The translations under genes were made by a program, and so were the position numbers. Under the pieces are notes generated by a model. That model made no database searches. It saw only the letters and a program-made list of their open reading frames with translations, and was not told the origin of the DNA. Shown piece after piece: positions 8,929 through 18,850 of a stretch of DNA of 64,000 nucleotides. The stretch covers positions 291,037-355,036 of the forward strand of contig JBAZNQ010000001.1 in assembly GCA_041649135.1 (NCBI GenBank), written 5' to 3'. Origin of the DNA: Patescibacteria group bacterium (GTDB lineage: Bacteria; Patescibacteriota; Kazan-3B-28). Every line of letters starts with the position of its first letter. The first letter of the stretch is position 1.

Positions 8929-11085
8929 TTAGACCGAGTAATTCATCCCTCGGCGAGCAATCCAGCGATAAGTCAGAGTCGACAGACCCAGAGAAATCAC
9001 CGCTAGAATACTCAACCAAACTACTTCCATACCAGTCGGAGGCAATGGTTCGGTCGGAGTGATCGGCGTAGTACCGCACACAACCTTCAAACTGTTGGAG
9101 TAGACATAGAATCCATTTGGCTTTTCGGTACTTCTGACCAAGGCACTCACTTTCAAGTCAGTCCCCCGACGAATACCTTCATCTACTTGTACCTTCACGA
9201 CCATGGTTACTGTTTGACCTTCAGCCATTGTTCCGGGATTCCAGATAATTGTTCGACCAGTAATTTGCGGATCGTCCACCGCTGAAGTCGCGGACATGAA
9301 TGAGACATTATTTGGCAACGGCATCGACAAACTTACATTATGTGAAGTCGCATACCGATTAGTCAGCCGTACTGTGTAAACCACAATTGAATCATCACAA
9401 ACCGGCAAACCATTCTCGGTCGTGGCGGTAATGTAGCCATCAATATAGTAATTTGTTACCACACTACAATCACGCAGCGAAATTGTCATTTCGTTACTTA
9501 CTGAACGATTATCCCATGTTGCAGTTACTCGCACTCGGGCCGTTCCGACTGCACCATTAGCCGCCAATCTCGCACCATACTGGCTGTAGCGATTGCCGGT
9601 TAAATTACCGACACCGCTCACCCATTCCCAGTAATAACTAGCGCCGTCAATTTCAGCACCATGATTGTTTCTGGCTTGTGCCGAAAGATTAGCTACATCA
9701 GTCGAACACAACGGATTGCGGTCAGAATTGATATCAACATCAGCTAAGTAATCTTCTTGGATCTGAAAATCGCTGACATGGATCGACACACTATCTCTCA
9801 CCGCCGAATTACTTCCGCACCGTAGTGACAAAGTAAAGTCGCCAGTTTGAGTCGCGTAATAGCGATGAGTTGTCAGATTAAACGAACCACCGTCCCAACT
9901 CCACACCAAATTGCTGGTTGAAATTGGATTGTCCAAATTAGTCAACGTTGTATAAGTAATTTCGCGACTATCATTGCGATACAGATTCAGAGAAGACTGA
10001 TCAATATTGATCGCTGAACAGAATTCAGTTTGTGGGTTATCCAACACCGTCAGAGTTGCCGAAGCATCTTGCCAAGCCTGAACACCATTGTAAGTACCCT
10101 TCACTTTAATTGTGTAAGTACCTGCTGTGTCTGGGTAAAACTTCCAAGTTATGCCAGCCGATTGACCCACTTTTTGATTATTTCTCCAAGCCTCCCACGC
10201 AAAGCTAGTTAAGCTCGAGGTCGTAACCTCCGTAGTGCCGTTGAAAGCCTGCGCAGTATAAGTCTTGTAGTTGCCAACATAAATTGGGTTGCTGGCAGTC
10301 GGATACAACGAGACTGTCAGATGCACGCTTGGTTGTGGTGGAGTCACTGGATCAACAATCAAAGTCTGCTCGTTACTCCAAGCCGTCTTAGTAATTCCAT
10401 TAATCGTATAAATCCCGCGTGTTCGCACAACATAAGTGCCACTAGTAGTCGGAGTAAAAGTATAAGTAGTACCTGTGCCGTTACTCGCAACCGTTTGGCT
10501 ATTTTTAGTCACTACCCAGCCGAAAGTACTTTGACCAGTTACTGGCTGACCACCATAAGTCGCGTTCACACTATAAGTCTTAGATTCACCGACATTAATC
10601 GTATTTCCAGAAGTCAGTGCGCTAATCGACACGCCATATTCGCGATTGTCTTCAGTACTATTCACGATCAACGTCGCCCGAGCATCAGCCCAGACCACAT
10701 CGCCGCCAACATTAGCATTAGCGTTAATCGTATAAGTTCCAGCCGTGTTTGGACGGAACACCCAGCTAGCGCCACTACCGGTCGTCACCGTCTGATTGTT
10801 CAGACTAGCAAACCAAGTTACCTGCGCATTCGCTGTTATGTTAGTAATACCATTGAAGACTTGTGCTGTATAAACCTTATCACTACCCAACGTAACCGTT
10901 GAGTTAGTTGGATAAATTGCCATCGTCAAACTACCAGTCGCGCTTACCAAACTCGGCAATAAACTAGAAGCAATAAACAACGACCCAAATATAACCACGC
11001 CGAATCTCTTCCAGTTTTTAAACGCTTTAGAAATTCGTCGCACTCTGTAATACATCCCCAACCCCAAAGTTTTTAGAACACTCAT
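8929..11085 (-). CDS. large secreted surface protein with repeated Ig-like/DUF11-like domains and a C-terminal LPPTG sorting signal
   Basis: N-terminal signal peptide and T/S/N/G-rich repeated beta domains. The C-terminus is LPPTG, then a hydrophobic stretch, then RWIARRG. Confidence 0.7.
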   Translation of the reverse strand: MSVLKTLGLGMYYRVRRISKAFKNWKRFGVVIFGSLFIASSLLPSLVSATGSLTMAIYPTNSTVTLGSDKVYTAQVFNGITNITANAQVTWFASLNNQTVTTGSGASWVFRPNTAGTYTINANANVGGDVVWADARATLIVNSTEDNREYGVSISALTSGNTINVGESKTYSVNATYGGQPVTGQSTFGWVVTKNSQTVASNGTGTTYTFTPTTSGTYVVRTRGIYTINGITKTAWSNEQTLIVDPVTPPQPSVHLTVSLYPTASNPIYVGNYKTYTAQAFNGTTEVTTSSLTSFAWEAWRNNQKVGQSAGITWKFYPDTAGTYTIKVKGTYNGVQAWQDASATLTVLDNPQTEFCSAINIDQSSLNLYRNDSREITYTTLTNLDNPISTSNLVWSWDGGSFNLTTHRYYATQTGDFTLSLRCGSNSAVRDSVSIHVSDFQIQEDYLADVDINSDRNPLCSTDVANLSAQARNNHGAEIDGASYYWEWVSGVGNLTGNRYSQYGARLAANGAVGTARVRVTATWDNRSVSNEMTISLRDCSVVTNYYIDGYITATTENGLPVCDDSIVVYTVRLTNRYATSHNVSLSMPLPNNVSFMSATSAVDDPQITGRTIIWNPGTMAEGQTVTMVVKVQVDEGIRRGTDLKVSALVRSTEKPNGFYVYSNSLKVVCGTTPITPTEPLPPTGMEVVWLSILAVISLGLSTLTYRWIARRGMNYSV

Positions 11086-11300
11086 TTCACCTCCAGAATT
11101 AATATAATTCTTTTTTGCCCCTTATGTATATCGATTCCCGAGGAACCGAGGGACTTCATTGTTATAATTCCTTCCCCCTACCCCTCTACCCGTTAATCGA
11201 TACTCTGGGGGGAAATATCGAGACGAGGTAGAGAGGTAGGAAGAACGAACACTGTTCCTTATCGTCATCCTGAATTTAGTTCAGGATCTAATTATTAAAA

Positions 11301-11336
11301 GAGTTTTTGGGTGGGAGCGTCGAAACGCTCCCACCC
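11301..11336 (-). terminator. intrinsic terminator downstream of the PKD lipoprotein gene
   Basis: gggtgggagcgtcgaaacgctcccaccc hairpin followed by a T-run on the minus strand. Confidence 0.5.
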
Positions 11337-11347
11337 CAAGTTGCTAG

Positions 11348-13333
11348 TTAATTCTCAACGACCACATGCCAGCGATGTCCGCCGATTCCGCTGACGCCCT
11401 TACCATCATCTACAAAGTAGACGGTAACTTGCTTTGTCAGCTGATGACTTACGTCCCAGCCGACATTGCAAGTAACGGGAACGGAAGCGTACAACAGATT
11501 CCCCTCTCCGTCCAGCGCAAATGCGCTATAAAAGATGGAACGCATTCTATTCTCCGGCAGCTGGTACACGAATCCATTCGGGTCAGACGACCAGCCAACC
11601 GTTGCCTGCGTCGGCACAGTCAGCTCCGTCAACCCATCAGCCGCATACATGCGGCTGACGAGGGTGATCTCATCACCCACATATGGGTCCGCAAACGGAT
11701 CCAGCGGCGTAATGGAAAGCTGCGCCCCAGCGTATGGGTCAACCGGCTCTTCCGTCACTACGATGCTGGTTTGAGCCGCAGCGATGGATGTCGCTCCATC
11801 ATCATCCGTCACTCGGACGTTGGGAATCCAAGTGCCAACATGATAGACGTGCTCCGTTACCGTCGCACCAATCGCCCAACTACCGTTGCCTTCAAAGTCC
11901 CACTCGTACGTTACGATGTTGCCATCAGTATCGTACGAGTTAGACGCATCCAGCGACACTGCCATAGGCGAGTAGCCACTGGTCGGATCTGCAACCAACA
12001 CCGCATGTGGCGGCAGATTAACCGGCGGAGCAACCGTCACCACAATGCTCGATTGAGCAATCGCAATGTCCGTCGCCCCATCGTTATCGGTAACGCGAAC
12101 TTTCGGAGTCCGCGTACCGGCGGCGTACGTATGGGTTGTACTGGCAACGGTCGTCGTGGTATCCCACGTACCATCGCCACCAAAATCCCATTCATACGTC
12201 ACGATGGTGCCGTCAGTGTCGTAACTGGCCGATGCATCAAGCGTTACCGTCAGTGGCGAATAGCCACTGGTCGGTGAAACTTGAAGATCAGCCACCGGCG
12301 GCTTGTTAGCCGGCGGCGGGGTCACAATTAGCTGGACTGTATGAGAATCTGTGTTCCCACACCCGTCCTTGATTGTAACCGTCAAGTTAGAGTCGGGCAT
12401 CGTCAACGAGAATGTTCCGTTGCCATGTCCACTCTGACCGTGGCCAGACCATCCCTCCGGACAGTCTGACCAAACATTGAATGTCACCACCGTTTCAACT
12501 CGCGCTGAAATCGTACCAGTAACATCCAACGTTGCCGTTGTAACGTTGTTACCGCCTATATCGCGGAAGATGATCCAAGAGTTGTTTTCCTCTCCCGGGC
12601 AAACCACCGGTGCTACCACCATCGCTGCCTCCACAATGACACCAGCTATCGCCACTATCCCCGCCATGAGCCAGTTGTCTGACTTTTCATGGATGGTGAT
12701 AGTCCGCTCGATAAATCCGCCAGACAAAACGATATTCAGCAGACGAACTGCTACCTCGCCTAATCCAGCCGGTGTCGCATCGACACGATTCCGGAATGGA
12801 ATCTTCGTGTCGAAAGGCAGCTGGGGAATCCAGCTCACCGTTGCTCCAGTTAGCTCTTCGCTCCCGTTGTAACTGTACGTTACCGCGTCAGCGAAAGTTC
12901 CAACCTCAGTGATGTATGCCAGAACTGGCCGTTGAGCCGCTTGTTCACGGTCCAACTGCACCCAGCGAATGGCACCTAATGTATCACGAAGTGCCATGTC
13001 GGTATAGTAACCGACCGTCAGTTCGCCCACTCGGTTCTTCACTGGAATTTCAAACACCTTGCCTTGATCGGCAGGGAGATTGGTGATCAGCGTACCACCG
13101 ACATTCCACGTTGGACGCAGACGATGCGATGACGAATCATCAATCGTGCTGCGGTCACCAGCCGGCTTGTAACCGGCCACTACGTCATAGTAGACCGTGT
13201 CCGCCGTCACCGACGGAGTCACAGTTTCGTCAACATCCACCGACGATCCACCGACACACCCGACAATCGCCGCCAAGGCAGCGAGGACGGCCACAATGAG
13301 TGCCGAGCGAAGCCCGGCGTACAGGTTGCGCAT
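11348..13333 (-). CDS. lipoprotein with two PKD domains (GC-rich, probably acquired)
   Basis: Lipobox AAIVGC. Two repeats of ...VTYEWDFGGDGTWD...HTY...VRVTDNDGAT... About 55% GC against a background of about 42%. Confidence 0.7.
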   Translation of the reverse strand: MRNLYAGLRSALIVAVLAALAAIVGCVGGSSVDVDETVTPSVTADTVYYDVVAGYKPAGDRSTIDDSSSHRLRPTWNVGGTLITNLPADQGKVFEIPVKNRVGELTVGYYTDMALRDTLGAIRWVQLDREQAAQRPVLAYITEVGTFADAVTYSYNGSEELTGATVSWIPQLPFDTKIPFRNRVDATPAGLGEVAVRLLNIVLSGGFIERTITIHEKSDNWLMAGIVAIAGVIVEAAMVVAPVVCPGEENNSWIIFRDIGGNNVTTATLDVTGTISARVETVVTFNVWSDCPEGWSGHGQSGHGNGTFSLTMPDSNLTVTIKDGCGNTDSHTVQLIVTPPPANKPPVADLQVSPTSGYSPLTVTLDASASYDTDGTIVTYEWDFGGDGTWDTTTTVASTTHTYAAGTRTPKVRVTDNDGATDIAIAQSSIVVTVAPPVNLPPHAVLVADPTSGYSPMAVSLDASNSYDTDGNIVTYEWDFEGNGSWAIGATVTEHVYHVGTWIPNVRVTDDDGATSIAAAQTSIVVTEEPVDPYAGAQLSITPLDPFADPYVGDEITLVSRMYAADGLTELTVPTQATVGWSSDPNGFVYQLPENRMRSIFYSAFALDGEGNLLYASVPVTCNVGWDVSHQLTKQVTVYFVDDGKGVSGIGGHRWHVVVEN

Positions 13334-13539
13334 TCTGCTTTCCTCCGGGCTTCCGCCCAGCTTAGATTACTTTGCGCAAATCCTTAGCTAGAAGACTCGC
13401 GCACAGCACTCCAGTGAAGAGAAGGTGTCGATCCTTAAATTGAAATCCTTAAAGATTAGTCCAAGAACTTCCAGACCTTAACCTCTGCATCACCAGAGTG
13501 CTATGCACAAATACTTCCGCAGTAATTTACAATTGTTTG

Positions 13540-13650
13540 CCATTCATTTTCTTCGTCATCCTCAACTTGATTGGGGATCCAGACAGAAACAAAAACATTT
13601 CTTGTTCTTTTCTAGATTCCCGCCTTCGCGGGAATGACGGGGAAAGGGCT
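13540..13650. repeat. GTCATCC...GGGAATGAC palindromic repeat copy
   Basis: ttcgtcatcctcaacttgattggggatccagacagaaacaaaaacatttcttgttcttttctagattcccgccttcgcgggaatgacg. Confidence 0.55.
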
Positions 13651-13929
13651 CAACTCAAAACCCACCACGCCCCCTGCGTGTTGGTTTATTTGTTTTAATA
13701 GATTGTAAATTTTCACATCGTCGCTGTCGCTGACCATATTTAGTCAACTAGCAATTTGTCGATGTGCAATGAGCCGCTTGGCTCGCTATACCTAGACTAT
13801 AGTAGTCAAAGTATTTTGTCAAGCAAAAAGTGGCTCTGGAAGTACAAAAAGCCGCTTTTGCCAACCATTTCTGAAGTATACCTGATATCCCCTTGACAAC
13901 TACCAATAAAAATGTCCTAATCTGGGAAA

Positions 13930-14574
13930 CTATGCCCGAACATCCTGCGCCTTTTCTGCCTCCAGCATCGCCATATCTGTAGCTGACAGCGGTGTTTTAA
14001 ACAGCTCATTCACCAACCACAGCCCACTCTCCCGAATTTTCTGTTTTGGGGACCACTGACCAAACCAGTTTTGTGACGGTCGACACTCCGAACAAGCCGC
14101 AATCGTACTAATCATTCTAGATTCCAGCCTCAATCGCCTATCTTTATTCTCCACCTCAATTACCACAAAGCTAAAATTGGTCTGGATGTACTGCGACACA
14201 CATTTTTCAGTACCTTGCAGCTTTCCCTTGTCCACTCCATCTCCGTGTCTCCCCCTAGCTGCCGCTGATGTTAAATCTAACTCCCACTTCTCCAAAAATT
14301 CATCGTCAGCTTGATTTAAAAATGCCCGCCCGATGTTCTTTCGGAAGATACTTCTATCTTTGTTCTCCGTCAGAAAATGCTGACGCAACCGCGACCGTAA
14401 TTGATCTTTGCCCGTATGTGTACCAATCCTGACAATCCGCCGACCACCATGAGCCTTCTCCCCCTTCTCAAACAAAAGATAAATCCCATTCGCTGGAATT
14501 CTTGTTTCGTCAAACGGAAATGTAAACACCGCCAGACTATTTGCCCACTTGTGCAGGTTCTCGCACTGATTCAT
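13930..14574 (-). CDS. GIY-YIG / T5orf172-like domain protein with an uncharacterised C-terminal domain
   Basis: NGIYLLFEKGE...RIVRIGTHTG..LRSRLRQH resembles the GIY-(10-15 aa)-(Y/R)IG core. Overlaps the upstream gene by 38 nt. Confidence 0.5.
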   Translation of the reverse strand: MNQCENLHKWANSLAVFTFPFDETRIPANGIYLLFEKGEKAHGGRRIVRIGTHTGKDQLRSRLRQHFLTENKDRSIFRKNIGRAFLNQADDEFLEKWELDLTSAAARGRHGDGVDKGKLQGTEKCVSQYIQTNFSFVVIEVENKDRRLRLESRMISTIAACSECRPSQNWFGQWSPKQKIRESGLWLVNELFKTPLSATDMAMLEAEKAQDVRA

Positions 14575-14995
14575 TATTTAGGTTCACCTTTAACCAATGT
14601 AACTGTTTCCCAATTCCCAAATTCTTCAACGGCACTATGCTGTATCGTAAAGATGAGACCAAGTGCCTACGATACTTTTCCCCCGCCAACACCACTACTT
14701 CCAAATTATCTATATCCGCTTTCGCCCGTAAATGTTTTAACACCCGTTCCGCCCACACTCGGACTTGTTGATCCGACATTGTCTTCAGAGTCAGATTGTA
14801 CGGCACAAGCCTCCGATCCAATTCAACTAGCCCATATTTCGCTGACAAAATAAATATCGCATCAGGCCGTAACGAATGCGCATACGCCAAATTTGCTCGA
14901 AACAACGGGCTAATATAAAAATCCTCGGCCGGAGCCGCCCGATTCGCCTTCTTACTCGCACAGGCAATTAAGACGATCTTCTTCATCACCAACAA
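14537..14995 (-). CDS. small alpha/beta hypothetical protein (DUF6884-like from memory, unverified)
   Basis: MKKIVLIACASKK...ILSAKYGLVELD...PYNLTL. Sits between the NUDIX gene and the GIY-YIG-like gene, with near-zero spacing to the former and overlap with the latter. Confidence 0.5.
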   Translation of the reverse strand: MLVMKKIVLIACASKKANRAAPAEDFYISPLFRANLAYAHSLRPDAIFILSAKYGLVELDRRLVPYNLTLKTMSDQQVRVWAERVLKHLRAKADIDNLEVVVLAGEKYRRHLVSSLRYSIVPLKNLGIGKQLHWLKVNLNNESVREPAQVGK

Positions 14996-14997
14996 CC

Positions 14998-15477
14998 CTA
15001 ATTGTCGTAAAAATATCTTCCATTACGATATGCCTCGATGTAGCTGGGAATAGTCTCAAACACCGGCCTCGGCAAATTGTCTAAATCATACCAATCCCAC
15101 CCATCGTTTTTCTCTGGTTCCATCACCTTCGGCTCACCACTCTTCCAATCCGCCACCAATCCAATATCAACATAATGCTTGGGAGCATAGGCCTTTAGAT
15201 TCATTAACCGCAAAAACCTAATATTCGTAATCTCAATATCAGCTTCTTCTCTAGTTTCTCGCTTAGCACAGTCTTCAAACGATTCCATGTACTCCATGTG
15301 ACCGCCCGGCCAAGCATAAGTGTTCTCGCCGTGAGCCCCTTTGCGTTTATGCATCAACACTTTGCCGTCTTTCATAACCATCACCCCAATACCAACTTTT
15401 ATGCCAAGCCCTTGCTCTGGTTCATTTTGCGCCACCATCACCCCAATACCTGCCTCTGATTTTGATTCGTCATTCAT
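14998..15477 (-). CDS. NUDIX hydrolase
   Basis: Nudix box GGHMEYMESFEDCAKRETREEADI (GX5EX7REUXEEXGU). Confidence 0.8.
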   Translation of the reverse strand: MNDESKSEAGIGVMVAQNEPEQGLGIKVGIGVMVMKDGKVLMHKRKGAHGENTYAWPGGHMEYMESFEDCAKRETREEADIEITNIRFLRLMNLKAYAPKHYVDIGLVADWKSGEPKVMEPEKNDGWDWYDLDNLPRPVFETIPSYIEAYRNGRYFYDN

Positions 15478-15592
15478 AGTTCCATCCTCGGCTATTAAAT
15501 GATCTAATAATTATTTCCCGCAACACTTCTTGAACCCCAGTGGTAGAAACTTCGTTTCACTACAGGGCAAGCTTTTTCCCTCTATAGTATGG

Positions 15593-18412
15593 CTATGCGC
15601 CATGACATTTTTTATATTTCTTACCAGAACCACACGGACACGGATCATTCCGCCCAACTTTGTCTTTATGCTCCTGTGGATCGCGTACCGCCCGTAGGTC
15701 CCCCGTAGCTTCACGCGAAGGGGGATCCCCCACCTCCGTTTGGTGATTGGTTATTGATGATTGGCTATTAGTCGCTGGTGATTGGTCATTGGTTATTGGT
15801 GCTTGCGATTCAGCGATTTCCTTCTCTTCGTCGCTGAAATCGCCCTTCGGTTCCGCACCACCTTGTAAATCTAATTTTGCGTCCGGCGTAGCTTTCTTGT
15901 CCGACGTAGCCTTGGTGAAGTTGGAAGCGAAGGAGGACTCACCACCCCGCAACGCCAACTTCTTTTTCTCTTCCAGCTCGTCTTTACCCTGTTGGTCATT
16001 GGTTATTGGAGATTGGATATTATCGTCAGCTTTGCTGACGATTTTAACTTTAAAAATCAATCTCGCCACATCAAACGCTATCGCACTTTGCAATCTCTGA
16101 AACATCGCATACGCCTGCTGTTTGTATTCCACTAATGGATCTCTCTGCCCATACCCCTGCAAACCAATTGCTTCACGCATTTTCATCATCGCGTCAATGT
16201 GCTCCATCCATAAAATATCCATCACTCGCAATAAAACTGCCCGTTCCGCCTGACGAAAATTCCCAATTTCTTCTCCATCCACCATCTGGCTGCCGGCTTC
16301 TTTTTCTTTAGTCTCATATTGTTTCTTTGCTTCCTCTACCAAAATCTCACCCCAGCGTTCTGCACCCGTTTCTTCCAGTTGTTTCTTCAAATCACTCCCG
16401 ACTGGGAAAATATTATTCACATTTTCGATTACCGTCTTAAGATCAGTCGAATAATTATTTGCCAGCAGTCTCAATTCATCAAAAATATAACCCTGTACCA
16501 TCGTTCTGATATCATCCCCTTCCCCCGATTCATGATTCATAATTCGTGATTCTTGATTCAAAATCGCCTGCCTCTGTCTGTACGTCGTTGCTCGATGACG
16601 ATTCATTACATCGTCGTATTCCACGACGCGTTTGCGAATATCAAAGTTATGGCCCTCCACTCGTTTCTGGGCTGACTCAATGCTCGAAGTGATCCACCGA
16701 TGTTCCAACGGCTGATCCTCCGGCATTTTCAGCGTCTTCATCATCGACTTCAGCCGTTCACTACCGAACAACCGCATCAAATCATCTTCCAATGATACAA
16801 AAAATTGCGTGCTCCCCGGATCACCTTGCCGACCAGCTCGACCACGCAGCTGGTTATCAATTCGACGAGACTCGTGCCGCTCGGTACCGATAATATGTAA
16901 ACCACCCAATTCTTTTACGCCTTCACCTAATTTAATGTCCGTTCCTCGACCAGCCATGTTGGTCGCGATCGTTACCATTCCCTTTTGTCCGGCATCTTTG
17001 ACTATCTCGGCTTCTTTTTCGTGATGCTTCGCATTCAAAACACTATGCGGCACTCCTTCCACTTTTAGCATTTCTGACAGCAATTCTGATTTTTCGATTG
17101 CGATCGTACCAACCAAAACCGGCTGACCAGTTTCATATCGGCGTTGAATTTCCTTCACCACCGCCTGAAACTTCATTCGTTCATTGACATAGATCAAATC
17201 ATTCAAATCTTGCCGCACCATTGGCCGATTAGTTGGAACTACTACCACTTCCAAACCATAAATTTTCCAAAACTCTTCTTCTTCAGTCTTGGCCGTACCA
17301 GTCATCCCACCTAACTTGTCGAACAAACGAAAATAGTTCTGGAAAGTGATCGTCGCTAACGTTTTGCTTTCCCGTTTAACTTCAACATTCTCCTTAGCTT
17401 CGATCGCTTGATGTAATCCTTCGGAATATCGACGCCCCTGCATCAACCGACCGGTAAATTCATCGACAATTAACACCTCTCCGTCTTTCACTACATAATC
17501 AACGTCTCTTTTATACATTGCCTGCGCCCGCAGAGCTTGTTCAATGTGATGCGCTAGTAAAATATTACCTGATTCATAAATATCACCGATCCCCAATAGC
17601 TTTTCTATTTTCTCAATTCCCGCTTCCGTCAAAATCGCCGACTTTTGTTTTTCATCAGTCGTGTAATCAACCTCTTTTGTTAGCTGTGGCACGATCGCCG
17701 CAAATTGTTTGTAATGCTGTGTCGATTCCTCATCCGGCGCCGAAATGATCAAAGGCGTTCTGGCCTCATCCACTAAAATCGAGTCAACTTCATCAACGAT
17801 CGCATAATACAATCCCCGTTGAACTTGTTCCTCACGGCTTCCCGCCATATTGTCGCGCAGATAATCAAACCCAAATTCATTATTCGTCCCGTAAGTAATA
17901 TCCGCCGCGTATGCCTGCTTGCGTTCTTCCGGTGAAGTATCGTGAGTAATTGCTCCAACTGTTAATCCCAAAAATTCATACACTTGACCCATCCATTCCG
18001 AGTCACGTTTTGCCAGATAATCGTTTACCGTTACGATGTGCACTCCCTTACCCGCTAATGCGTTCAAATATGCTGGTAGAGTTGAAACCAAAGTTTTACC
18101 CTCACCTGTTCTCATTTCCGAAATCTTGCCTTGATGTAACACAATGCCACCCATTAACTGCACATCAAAATGCCGCTCACCCAGCGTCCTCTTGGCGGCT
18201 TCGCGCACAACCGCAAATGCCTCCGGTAAAATATCATCCAAAGTCTGACCCTTGGCCAATAACTCCTTGAAATATTCCGTCTTTGCCCTTAATTCACTAT
18301 CCGCTAGTGGCTGTACACTAGCCTCTAGCCCATTGATCCGATCAACGATCGGCTGGAGCTTTTTAATTGCCTGTTTGTTTGGATCCCCCAAAATCCTCTC
18401 GAGAAACTTCAT
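15593..18412 (-). CDS. secA: preprotein translocase ATPase SecA
   Basis: A 939-aa protein with DEAD-like motor motifs and a C-terminal zinc finger [15 protein letters not shown]. The C-terminal extension contains PITNDQ-type repeats. Confidence 0.9.
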   Translation of the reverse strand: MKFLERILGDPNKQAIKKLQPIVDRINGLEASVQPLADSELRAKTEYFKELLAKGQTLDDILPEAFAVVREAAKRTLGERHFDVQLMGGIVLHQGKISEMRTGEGKTLVSTLPAYLNALAGKGVHIVTVNDYLAKRDSEWMGQVYEFLGLTVGAITHDTSPEERKQAYAADITYGTNNEFGFDYLRDNMAGSREEQVQRGLYYAIVDEVDSILVDEARTPLIISAPDEESTQHYKQFAAIVPQLTKEVDYTTDEKQKSAILTEAGIEKIEKLLGIGDIYESGNILLAHHIEQALRAQAMYKRDVDYVVKDGEVLIVDEFTGRLMQGRRYSEGLHQAIEAKENVEVKRESKTLATITFQNYFRLFDKLGGMTGTAKTEEEEFWKIYGLEVVVVPTNRPMVRQDLNDLIYVNERMKFQAVVKEIQRRYETGQPVLVGTIAIEKSELLSEMLKVEGVPHSVLNAKHHEKEAEIVKDAGQKGMVTIATNMAGRGTDIKLGEGVKELGGLHIIGTERHESRRIDNQLRGRAGRQGDPGSTQFFVSLEDDLMRLFGSERLKSMMKTLKMPEDQPLEHRWITSSIESAQKRVEGHNFDIRKRVVEYDDVMNRHRATTYRQRQAILNQESRIMNHESGEGDDIRTMVQGYIFDELRLLANNYSTDLKTVIENVNNIFPVGSDLKKQLEETGAERWGEILVEEAKKQYETKEKEAGSQMVDGEEIGNFRQAERAVLLRVMDILWMEHIDAMMKMREAIGLQGYGQRDPLVEYKQQAYAMFQRLQSAIAFDVARLIFKVKIVSKADDNIQSPITNDQQGKDELEEKKKLALRGGESSFASNFTKATSDKKATPDAKLDLQGGAEPKGDFSDEEKEIAESQAPITNDQSPATNSQSSITNHQTEVGDPPSREATGDLRAVRDPQEHKDKVGRNDPCPCGSGKKYKKCHGA

Positions 18413-18480
18413 AACCTCTCCATTCTAACCTTAAACCCCGCCACTATACCACATACCCCTCCTACCTACCCCCTCCTACA

Positions 18481-18521
18481 CATCCTCATCCTCATCCTCA
18501 TCCTCATCCTCATCCTCATCC
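18481..18521. repeat. (CATCCT)~7 microsatellite
   Basis: catcctcatcctcatcctcatcctcatcctcatcctcatcc. Confidence 0.9.
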
Positions 18522-18585
18522 CACCGCCCCCTCCTTCCTCCAATTACTTCTCCTTCCCCCCAACCACTCCCCCTCCTATATCCAA

Positions 18586-18623
18586 GCACGTTGAGTTGAT
18601 GCGGCCGCCTGAACTCAACGTGC
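18586..18623. repeat. 38-nt palindrome, copy 1 (contains GCGGCCGC in the loop)
   Basis: gcacgttgagttgatgcggccgcctgaactcaacgtgc, identical except for 1 nt to 19603-19638. Confidence 0.85.
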
Positions 18624-18850
18624 TTACCTGATCGCCTTAGTTCAACATGTCTAACCAATCGCTTGAGCTGACTACCCCCAACCATTCTTTTCTGATTATG
18701 CCCAGTTACAACGACCTTTGTAACTGGGCATATTATTTCCCTTACCTCTTTCTTGCTGCATCAAGTAAAAACTCCGTCTAGGATTGACCTTCGACCCAAT
18801 CAGCCATAAGCTGTAGCCAGCAATCTTAACAACAAGGGGACAGATGACCA

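Noticed and set aside
8096-13299. Plus-strand ORFs 8096-8656, 10321-10902, 11366-12277 and 12477-12872
   Set aside because: They are antisense or intergenic shadow ORFs lying within or beside the large minus-strand surface-protein genes or repeat elements, and are inflated by GC-rich sequence. They have no motifs or start context.
18476-18685. 69-aa ORF ending in DEDEDEDEDEDEDV
   Set aside because: It is the translation of the (CATCCT)7 microsatellite plus palindrome, in the secA upstream region. It has no start context and is not a gene.
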